Assembly: GCA_037969075.1 (NCBI GenBank) | Contig: JBBKWS010000036.1 | Span: 1-30,179, forward strand | Direction of reading: 5' to 3' | DNA length: 30,179 nucleotides | Source of the DNA: Bdellovibrionales bacterium | GTDB lineage: Bacteria; Bdellovibrionota; Bdellovibrionia; Bdellovibrionales; UBA840 | Shown: positions 17,547 through 25,354 of the stretch, piece after piece | Position numbering within the stretch: position 1 is the stretch's first letter | How the letters are laid out: the number at the start of each line of letters is the position of its first letter | Position numbers and translations under genes: made by a program | Notes under the pieces: generated by a model | Told to the model about the DNA's origin: nothing | Seen by the model: the letters and a program-made list of their open reading frames with translations, nothing else | Database searches by the model: none

Positions 17547-18319
17547 CGCTCAATTTTATCTAAGCCGACAGCCTCTCTCCAATTTTTTGATAAGAGTAGG
17601 CGAGTTGAGTTCACGGTTGATTTAGGGAAATATTTAAATAAAGTTTTGATCGCTTTTCCATTCATACCACAAATAATTTCAGCTTGATTGTTTTCAATTC
17701 CATGGATGATTTCTTGCGCGGCTTGTTTTGGAGTAGTTACGGCCCAGTCTAACCACTTTGGGAAACGTATATCAGAGTGGCTATCCATAATCTTTGTTTT
17801 TACAAACCCCGGTAGTACCAAGCTAATTTTTATTGGGTTTTTACGTAACTTGAACTCTTCTTGGATAGATCTAGTAAAACCAACCACGGCATGCTTAGAG
17901 GCTGCATACACACTGTTAAAAGGGGTAGGTATTAGACCATTCATAGAGGATACATTGACAATATGCCCATGGTTTGGGGAAGACATTTTTTGAATGGCAA
18001 GCTGTGTACCGTGGATGACGGCTTTACAGTTAACATCTAAGACTTTTGTTACATCATCAAAGCTTATGGTTTCTACTCCGCCTAAAATAGCCAGGCCGGC
18101 ATTATTGATCCAAATATCAGGTCTATGGATTGAATCTATAATTCTCTTGTAAACATCTAGGTTACTTACATCTAAAGTATGAAACTCGAAATTAGGATGG
18201 TTTATTTTACACGGGCTCAAGTCGCAGCCAATAACTCTGTGGTTAGTTTTTGCTAAATAAGCGGTTGCTACCTCGTATCCTATTCCTGAACTAACACCAG
18301 TGATAAATACCGTCTTCAT
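17543..18319 (-). CDS. Short-chain dehydrogenase/reductase
   Basis: TGVSSGIG, NNAG, VSS, YAASK, PGFVKT. Confidence 0.93.
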   Translation of the reverse strand: MKTVFITGVSSGIGYEVATAYLAKTNHRVIGCDLSPCKINHPNFEFHTLDVSNLDVYKRIIDSIHRPDIWINNAGLAILGGVETISFDDVTKVLDVNCKAVIHGTQLAIQKMSSPNHGHIVNVSSMNGLIPTPFNSVYAASKHAVVGFTRSIQEEFKLRKNPIKISLVLPGFVKTKIMDSHSDIRFPKWLDWAVTTPKQAAQEIIHGIENNQAEIICGMNGKAIKTLFKYFPKSTVNSTRLLLSKNWREAVGLDKIER

Positions 18320-19092
18320 TAATATAACCCCGCAGGCATTTGTAGATGTGGAACCTCATCGGTTAGCCATTCAACTGAATCTTCAGTGACCAGTAAAATT
18401 TCTTCAAACTTTGCTCCAAAATTTTTTAACCCAATGTGAGGTTCTATGGCCCAAGCTCCAATTGGTTTTGAAGCATGATTTTTAGTTAGTAGTGATTCTT
18501 TAAGACCACCAGCTAGAGTTGTTAGATAGGCTTGAATTCCAAAGCCAAAAGCAAATGAGTTCCAATTGTGTGCTTTTGCTTTACCCACCCTGTGGCCGAG
18601 AACCGAGAAGGGGTATCTTTCATAACAATTCGTGTAAGCATTTTTTTTAATTAAGGCATCCACCTCTTGCCATACAGAGGATGTAGGTTTTTTTTCATAA
18701 AATGATTTTTTAATGTTAGCTCTTAACTCAATCAAAAACTCTCTAGCTTTTTTTAACTCTTCATTTGGAGATTTTGAAAATGTAAAACCAATATCACCTA
18801 TATACCCATCGACTATTGGGGCGGTATCAAGGATTACAACATCGCCCTCTTGAAACACTTGCTTTTTTTTAGGTAAAAAATCTAAATAGTTCTTCATGCC
18901 ATAAAATGCGCTTCTAGGTCCAAACCAAGCAAACGATGTATGAAAAAAACTTTTAATACCATGGTCTTTTAGATATGTATCCATAAGCTTGGCTGTCTGC
19001 TTTTCAGTCCAACCTTCGCGAAGTTCTTTTGCAATTTCAATGGCACAACTATAAGATAGGTTCTGTGCTTTTAGAAGTTTTTCTTTGTCCAT
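18319..19092 (-). CDS. M24 (pita-bread) family metallohydrolase
   Basis: Ligand motifs LDTAP, GDIG, LGHR, IEPH, FEEIL; no N-terminal creatinase domain; ATG 19092 after GAGGG. Confidence 0.85.
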   Translation of the reverse strand: MDKEKLLKAQNLSYSCAIEIAKELREGWTEKQTAKLMDTYLKDHGIKSFFHTSFAWFGPRSAFYGMKNYLDFLPKKKQVFQEGDVVILDTAPIVDGYIGDIGFTFSKSPNEELKKAREFLIELRANIKKSFYEKKPTSSVWQEVDALIKKNAYTNCYERYPFSVLGHRVGKAKAHNWNSFAFGFGIQAYLTTLAGGLKESLLTKNHASKPIGAWAIEPHIGLKNFGAKFEEILLVTEDSVEWLTDEVPHLQMPAGLY

Positions 19093-19819
19093 GCACCCTC
19101 TCAAGAAATGAATAAATAAATTGTATCACCTTTTTGCTGTCATCTACAACTAACCAATGACCACCTTGCAGTATGCGTTGCTCTACATTAGTAAAGAAAA
19201 CAGCGAGATCATCTTTGGTGTTAATTTCTAAAAAAGAGTCATCTGTAGCTTCAATAAACAGGCTAGGCACTGTTATAGTATCTTGGCGTTTTGATAGTAG
19301 ATCAAAGAATGCCTGGCGGTATAAAGATATCCAGGCAGTGTAACGCTCTAATCGTTGTAAGTGCTTGCTGTCATTTGGATATAGTTTGTTAACAATTGCA
19401 TTAGCAAATTTTTTCCAAATAAAATCTGATACAACGGGTACTTGAAATAATATGGTGTACCAAGTTTTTAGTAGTTGCCTTGGTTTTTTACAACGGCGCA
19501 TAAGTAGTTGCGGAAAACTAGCCGAAATAAATATTAAACTACCTATCTCAGTTTTTAAGTACGGATAGATGGCTGTTGCTAAGTAGCCCCCAATATCGTG
19601 GCAGAGGATGTGCAGTTTTATACTTTTTAAATCTCTAATATGTTTTAAAACTTCTAGCGTTAGGCTTTCAGTGGTAGGAGGTGCTAGGCTATCTAATATA
19701 AGTAGATTATAATCTTTTGATAGGGGGGCGATATAAGCATCCCAAGTAGAGGCGTCTTCAGGAAACCCATGAATACATAGGATGGTTTCATTTTTCTGAT
19801 TATCAATGCATTTTAACAT
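19049..19819 (-). CDS. Epoxide hydrolase-like alpha/beta hydrolase
   Basis: HGFPE oxyanion loop, Asp nucleophile HDIGG, TWYTILFQ, SLYR, GGHW. Confidence 0.8.
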   Translation of the reverse strand: MLKCIDNQKNETILCIHGFPEDASTWDAYIAPLSKDYNLLILDSLAPPTTESLTLEVLKHIRDLKSIKLHILCHDIGGYLATAIYPYLKTEIGSLIFISASFPQLLMRRCKKPRQLLKTWYTILFQVPVVSDFIWKKFANAIVNKLYPNDSKHLQRLERYTAWISLYRQAFFDLLSKRQDTITVPSLFIEATDDSFLEINTKDDLAVFFTNVEQRILQGGHWLVVDDSKKVIQFIYSFLERVHGQRKTSKSTEPIL

Positions 19820-19820
19820 G

Positions 19821-20822
19821 CTAATATGTTGTTAATTTTTCTTCCTTAAGGGAAGGGAAATTTAATATTAACGCGGATTTTTGCGAAGCTAAATTTTCTA
19901 CGGCTTTATGGCTGCGTGGATGAATTAAGCTTGAGACATATGGAGTTTGTGTAAAGAGTTTCCAAATGATTTCAACCCAGGAGTTTTTGCCATACGTATC
20001 GATGATTTTAGCAAGATCAGCAAAAAATGTATGCTTATCCTTTAGTTTTTTTGCGTTCTCTAATTTTTGCAATGAACCAATGGTCCATGTTGCCATCAGG
20101 GATTGGCAAATAGCTAAATCCATTTTTTGATGAACTTTTGATAACAATCTATCATCTCTATCAAATAAAAGTTCTAAAACAAAATAAGGAAAGGAAGCGT
20201 GTCTTTTCTCTTCTTCATAATGTTTAAAGTGAAGGTCATAATATAGTGGGTCCATTATAGCTTTGCAGCTTTCCATGATGCGAAACATGTGTAAGAACTC
20301 TTGTTCCACAATGATTGCAAGCCACCAGTAAGAATAGCTACCACTTTTACATAGATGATTAATACATTTTTCAGCCATGCTATTTTCGACTACGGGTAAA
20401 ATGTTTTGTAGATCAGTGTAGTCGATGCCAAGGTCATGAGCGAACATTTCAACATATCTTTTAAATGACAATGAGTGCTTGATTTCTTCTTGGTAAAATA
20501 ATTCGCCCCAAGCCTCAAACTCTGGGTTCACAGGAAATGTTTTAATGTCTTTGTTCCAAGTTTTACCTTTTAATCTCAAAAGTGATTCTTCAAGTTCATA
20601 AATCGCAGAAGCAATGACTAAACCTAGGACTTGTGAGATGATTTTTCTTTCTGATGCACTAGCGCCTGGTAGTAATACAGCATTTTCATCAAGAGGGGCA
20701 AAAAATGAGTTGTGGTCAATTCCTGCGGACCAGGCAAAATCATTCTCTAGGTCCCAGCCGTGGTCGACCTGATTTTTATAAAGACGATGAATAAAGGCCT
20801 CATTATAGAGTTTATTCCGCAT
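19821..20822 (-). CDS. Ferritin-like diiron oxygenase (AurF-like)
   Basis: ELEE, EEIKH, IVEQE, HYEEEKRH (HxxxExxH) ligand pattern; N-terminal WDLENDFAW. Confidence 0.75.
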   Translation of the reverse strand: MRNKLYNEAFIHRLYKNQVDHGWDLENDFAWSAGIDHNSFFAPLDENAVLLPGASASERKIISQVLGLVIASAIYELEESLLRLKGKTWNKDIKTFPVNPEFEAWGELFYQEEIKHSLSFKRYVEMFAHDLGIDYTDLQNILPVVENSMAEKCINHLCKSGSYSYWWLAIIVEQEFLHMFRIMESCKAIMDPLYYDLHFKHYEEEKRHASFPYFVLELLFDRDDRLLSKVHQKMDLAICQSLMATWTIGSLQKLENAKKLKDKHTFFADLAKIIDTYGKNSWVEIIWKLFTQTPYVSSLIHPRSHKAVENLASQKSALILNFPSLKEEKLTTY

Positions 20823-20908
20823 ACACTTATATTGTAGGATGAACTTACAAAAATCACCACATACCTTAGTCTAGCTTTGTGTGTTGCAGATGGTCGTATC
20901 ATATTGAA

Positions 20909-21655
20909 TCAATCGACCTTGATAGGCATAGATTTTTTTAAACGCTTTGTAAGCGTGATAACTAATGCCTTTGACCAAGCGGGCTTACTGAATAAGATCA
21001 CATCTAAGGAGCCAAAAGGGATTTGGATTAGCTCCGCATGGCTTATAGAGCGTACAGAGGCCGATCTGGGTTCACCATTAAAATGCGACATTTCTCCGAC
21101 AAATTCACCAGCAGTAATCTTCCCTAATTCTTTAGTGTTTTTAAATGCGACAAGCTCGCCCTTTTTAACGATATATACTGAATCTCCTGCGTCCCCCTCA
21201 TTAAATAAGGTTTCTTCAGGATTTAGATATCGCAGGCGATAGCCAGATTCTTCTCCCATAGAGATAAAATTCAGGGCTTTTCGCAAGCAGGTGTGAAACT
21301 TATCTTTGTCACTAGGATTTGTTAAAAACTGCAGCTGTCCTGTGACAAGTTCATCAATAAATTGCTCGTCTTCGGGTAATTCTGAAACAACTATGATGGC
21401 CAATTTTTGATATTTTTTATTATGTAGTAATTTTTGTGTAACCTCAAGTCCGCTAAGTTTTGCTAACTTGTGGTCTATGACTAAAATATGCGGAGGGGCA
21501 TTATCAACTTTAAACGTGGTATCCATACCATCGTTAGATGTGTAAATGGTTGGGCTTGTTATAAGGTCGCTTATGAAACCTGAGTAGGCAGTGATACGCT
21601 CATTAGAAGAGCTTGATACTAAAAACCTAAGTTTTACATCCTGTTTTTTTTCCAT
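20909..21655 (-). CDS. Atypical receiver domain + cyclic nucleotide-binding domain protein
   Basis: LVID..LSGLE receiver fold; LFNEGD, YIVKKG, GEFVGEMS, PRSASV cNMP motifs; start could be 21664 or 21673. Confidence 0.85.
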   Translation of the reverse strand: MEKKQDVKLRFLVSSSSNERITAYSGFISDLITSPTIYTSNDGMDTTFKVDNAPPHILVIDHKLAKLSGLEVTQKLLHNKKYQKLAIIVVSELPEDEQFIDELVTGQLQFLTNPSDKDKFHTCLRKALNFISMGEESGYRLRYLNPEETLFNEGDAGDSVYIVKKGELVAFKNTKELGKITAGEFVGEMSHFNGEPRSASVRSISHAELIQIPFGSLDVILFSKPAWSKALVITLTKRLKKSMPIKVD

Positions 21656-21811
21656 AAAATTCATCCCACCCAATAATATATAAAAGATAAGGCAAACTTG
21701 GATTCAACGCAATGCTTTACTGGTAGATCAAGACGGCCTGAAGGATTTTTTTATATAAAACCGTAAGGTACTAAAAATAACTCTAATAAAAAACATTACT
21801 TCCGATACCTA

Positions 21812-22309
21812 GTGATGAAGAATAATAAATTCTATATTTTTTTGATGATCTTATTTACAGTTTCTGGCTGTAGTAAATCAGGCGTTTTTGGGGACTCCGG
21901 TGGCGGCAATAGCGGGGTATCATCGCCTTGTGGTGATATGAATAGCCTGTCTTGTGAAATGTATAAAGCTGTGAATTCTTATAGACAAAGCCAAGGACGT
22001 AGCCCCTTAGCTATTAATAATCGATGCATCCATATGGCACAAGATCATGCGGTGGATATGGTGGAGAGAGATTTCTTTGCTCATGAAAGTCCAACTGAAA
22101 CTTTTAGTCAAAGAGCCAATCGATATCAGCTATCCTATTACGTAGGTGAAAACATTGCTATGGGTAATGATAATGTAGAGAGCATTCTGTCTCTTTGGAA
22201 AAACTCAAGCGGGCATAATGCAAACATGTTAAATGCAAGCTACAAGTCCACCGGCCTAGGCTACTACCAAGGCAGATGGGTGCAGTGTTTTAGTGGTGAG
22301 ACGAACTAA
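21812..22309 (+). CDS. CAP (SCP-like) domain lipoprotein
   Basis: Lipobox VSGC; VNSYR, AQDHA, FFAH, GENIA, WKNSSGHNANML. Confidence 0.9.
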   Translation: MMKNNKFYIFLMILFTVSGCSKSGVFGDSGGGNSGVSSPCGDMNSLSCEMYKAVNSYRQSQGRSPLAINNRCIHMAQDHAVDMVERDFFAHESPTETFSQRANRYQLSYYVGENIAMGNDNVESILSLWKNSSGHNANMLNASYKSTGLGYYQGRWVQCFSGETN

Positions 22310-22319
22310 ATTAAATAGT

Positions 22320-23723
22320 TTACGCCTTCACATTTGCTAAAATATGAGTGATCGCTGCAGTTAATTTTTTAGCGTACTCGATATGGATGAATTCATTTGG
22401 TCCATGTGCATTCGAGTTAGGCCCTAAAACACCAGTAATGATAAACTGTGCTTTAGGAAATGTATCTCCAAGCATTCCCATAAATGGGATCGATCCACCC
22501 TCACCAATAGTTAGTGCTTCTTTGCCATAAAATTGCTTTGAGGCATCTTGAATCAAACTTTCAAGATCGGCTTTTGTTTCAGGAGCGTTCCAGCCACTTG
22601 CTGCATCTTCAATATGAAACTCAACCTTAGCTCCAAATGGAGGTTCTTTTTCTAAAAGCTCTTTTAATTGCGGAACCATGTTCTTTGCATTTAATGTTGG
22701 AGGTAAACGAAGAGATAATTTTAAAGTAGTGTAAGGGCGTAAAACATTTCCAGCTTTTACGGGCTCTGGTAAACCCTCAGCTCCAGTAACCGATAGAGCC
22801 GCTCTCCAAGTTTTGTTTAGTAAAAGTTCTTTGGGGGTTCCTGCATTTGGTTTTGCTTTACCAGTAAAAGGAAACTTTGAATAAATTTGTTCACCTAATA
22901 CCACTGCTGATTTTTCGGCTTGCGTAAGTCTTTGCACAGGAATATCGACTTTAAAAGCTGACGGTGTAATCTCTCCTGTATCGATGTTTTCAAGACGATC
23001 TAATAACATGCGAGCGATTCTAAATGAAGAAGGGACAACACCACTTGCATCACCCGAATGAACGCCTTCATCTAAGATGTCAACGCGTAGAGTTCCACTG
23101 ATCAGGCCACGAAGTGAAGTTGTGGACCAAAACTGCTCATAATTACCAGCGCCAGAATCTAAGCAAACAATTAAGTTTGGATTTCCAAACTCTTGCAAAT
23201 GGTTTTCAAAATAAAAAGGTAAATCATTAGACCCGCTCTCTTCACTAAACTCGATAGCAACTTTAATGTGCGGACGCTTTGCTTTGGTTTTTATTAAATG
23301 CTCCATTGCGCAAACGGAAGCAAACACAGCGTAGCCGTCATCAGCACCACCGCGGCCATACAATTTATCGCCTTTACGAACAGCTTTCCATGGGTCAAGA
23401 CCTTCTGCCCACCCGGTCATCTCTGGTTGCTTGTCTAGATGGCCATACATTAAAACTTGATAGTCGTGATCACCTGGTAAATCTAACAGAAGCAGTGGAG
23501 TACGATCTTTTGCGGTAATTACTTTTTTAGTAAGTCCGGGTATATTTTTTTTATCAATCCAAGCTTCAACTAGTTTTAAAACTTTATCTAGATATCCATT
23601 TTCTTGCCACTTTGGATCAAAGGCAGGTGATTTAGCCGGAATTTCTATGTAGGTGGACAGAGTGGGAACTATTTCTTTTTCCCAATAAGTATCGATAGAT
23701 GATAATAAGTCAGATCCTTGCAT
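22320..23723 (-). CDS. M20/M25/M40 family metallopeptidase
   Basis: YGHLDKQP, GRGGADDG, SEESGS, HSG, GGSIP, AHGPNE; AAGGAG RBS. Confidence 0.92.
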   Translation of the reverse strand: MQGSDLLSSIDTYWEKEIVPTLSTYIEIPAKSPAFDPKWQENGYLDKVLKLVEAWIDKKNIPGLTKKVITAKDRTPLLLLDLPGDHDYQVLMYGHLDKQPEMTGWAEGLDPWKAVRKGDKLYGRGGADDGYAVFASVCAMEHLIKTKAKRPHIKVAIEFSEESGSNDLPFYFENHLQEFGNPNLIVCLDSGAGNYEQFWSTTSLRGLISGTLRVDILDEGVHSGDASGVVPSSFRIARMLLDRLENIDTGEITPSAFKVDIPVQRLTQAEKSAVVLGEQIYSKFPFTGKAKPNAGTPKELLLNKTWRAALSVTGAEGLPEPVKAGNVLRPYTTLKLSLRLPPTLNAKNMVPQLKELLEKEPPFGAKVEFHIEDAASGWNAPETKADLESLIQDASKQFYGKEALTIGEGGSIPFMGMLGDTFPKAQFIITGVLGPNSNAHGPNEFIHIEYAKKLTAAITHILANVKA

Positions 23724-23804
23724 ATACGTCTCCTTGAAGGATGCACAGTATAGATCAGAATGAGTAAAATTTGTACCTTAAGTTTTGTATTTTGACTAAA
23801 ACAT

Positions 23805-23832
23805 AAAAAGTAGGGGGCCAAGCTCAGGCCCC
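23805..23832 (-). terminator. Rho-independent terminator
   Basis: GGGGCC-N7-GGCCCC then CTACTTTTT on the minus strand just after the 23842 stop. Confidence 0.65.
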
Positions 23833-23841
23833 TGATGGGTT

Positions 23842-24330
23842 TTAGTCTCTTTGACACTCATAATCTATAGTGCCACCAAGATGATCACCAGATTGAAAGA
23901 TATAAGACGCGCTCACGTTGTCCACCTTATCTTCTTTTATATCTTTGTGTATAACCAATTCACCATTCATATTTCCGCCATCATATGAGTTAGAGCCTGC
24001 ATCTTGAATATTCTTGAACTGGATATAGTTTTTATATACACGAGGTTTGTAATTTAAATTCTGTGGTAATTGTTTTGAAGCAAATACGGAGTAGTATTGA
24101 TTATTTACAGATATATTGTCTGCACTGCGACTAACTACAACGTGTCCAACTAGTGAATGGATACTAACAACATCCTCATTGATTCTTACGTCTAGCACTA
24201 ATCTAGATTCGACCTCTGCATCATAGGCACGGATATTTGTAGCTATGCACGTCCACTCTCCTAAATAGGTTTTAGCTAGTGCAGGTGTGGCTACGGTACT
24301 GATGATTAAGGTTATTAGAATTTGTTTCAT
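23842..24330 (-). CDS. Secreted hypothetical protein
   Basis: Signal peptide ending ALA; GGAG RBS; beta-rich; two Cys near the ends of the mature chain. Confidence 0.85.
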   Translation of the reverse strand: MKQILITLIISTVATPALAKTYLGEWTCIATNIRAYDAEVESRLVLDVRINEDVVSIHSLVGHVVVSRSADNISVNNQYYSVFASKQLPQNLNYKPRVYKNYIQFKNIQDAGSNSYDGGNMNGELVIHKDIKEDKVDNVSASYIFQSGDHLGGTIDYECQRD

Positions 24331-24431
24331 TGGATTCTCCCGTTTTGTTGTTATGGGCCAAATCTAGAGCACAAGTGCCCTATTAACAAATTAAATACTA
24401 GTATGCTCGTTATACATTTTTCGTATAGTAG

Positions 24432-25316
24432 CTAGTTTGACGAATTTTTAAGCTCACTCTCGCAAGTTGCTGATGCCTGCACATAAGCGATAGTGAAGTC
24501 TTCTTGTTCAAAAAGTGCTTCAAATTTTTCTCTTGTGGTAAAGGTATTAGTGTCTGCTTTTGCGCCGTACGGGCTACTTTCTACTTCGTTAGCAACACAA
24601 TCACACAGAGTTTCGATGCTATCAGTGAATTGTTTCATTAATTTTTCATCAACATTTTGCCCTTGCATTGCGATTTTTAAATATTCTGATGAAATGGCAG
24701 AGCAGTGAGCAATAAATTGTTTTTTCGTATCTGCTTCCCACAGTATAGTTTTTTGAGTACTTGGGTTGAGTTTAATGTGTAGGCCTATTTTATCTATCTT
24801 AGTATGAAATATAACAGCCACTAGATATGCAGAGCCAACAAGTCCTAAGGCAGTAGTTAACACTAAAAAAATATGTGCAGGTACTTTAGGTGGGGTTGAT
24901 CTTTTAGGTTGGATGCTAATCACTTTTGTTTTAGCCCATAAGTCCCCTAGATGTCTGCGCTCAGCATTTAAAAAGATAGGGGCGTAGGGTAATAAGAAAG
25001 TAAATAGTGATAAGATATTTCCGGCAAGTGCGCGTTTAATGGCTTGTGACCAACTTATTCCATGATTTCCATTAAGTTGAATGACTCTAACGGCGAATAA
25101 AATTTGAAATAGACTTCCGCCATATAACTTAACTAAAACTATGTAGTTTACAAAAAAGTATGTCGCAATTGCAGCTACGCAAAACCAGTTTAAACTTATG
25201 GTTAGATGTATACCGTTATTAGTAATTGCTATGATGGCAATTGGAGTTAATAGGTTCAATATACCAATTAAAAATCGTAACCAAGTGGGCGTAGTATGTA
25301 AGTTAGTGTATGTCAT
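24432..25316 (-). CDS. RDD family membrane protein with Cys-containing C-terminal domain
   Basis: WLRFLIG, SWSQAIKR, RRHLGDLWAKTKVI; extra TM; HC...LCDCV...TC. Confidence 0.8.
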   Translation of the reverse strand: MTYTNLHTTPTWLRFLIGILNLLTPIAIIAITNNGIHLTISLNWFCVAAIATYFFVNYIVLVKLYGGSLFQILFAVRVIQLNGNHGISWSQAIKRALAGNILSLFTFLLPYAPIFLNAERRHLGDLWAKTKVISIQPKRSTPPKVPAHIFLVLTTALGLVGSAYLVAVIFHTKIDKIGLHIKLNPSTQKTILWEADTKKQFIAHCSAISSEYLKIAMQGQNVDEKLMKQFTDSIETLCDCVANEVESSPYGAKADTNTFTTREKFEALFEQEDFTIAYVQASATCESELKNSSN

Positions 25317-25321
25317 ATTTT

Positions 25322-25353
25322 GGGAGCCTAGCAGCTCCCTTTTTTGAATGCAA
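25322..25353. promoter_or_regulatory. Minus-strand extended -10 promoter overlapped by a hairpin
   Basis: TTGCAT-N17-TAGGCT-N8-ATG(25316); GGGAGC-N6-GCTCCC with T6 on the plus strand. Confidence 0.5.
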
Positions 25354-25354
25354 A

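Noticed and set aside
21782..21808. FliA-like TCCGATAC before the CAP gene
   Set aside because: No convincing -35 at the right spacing
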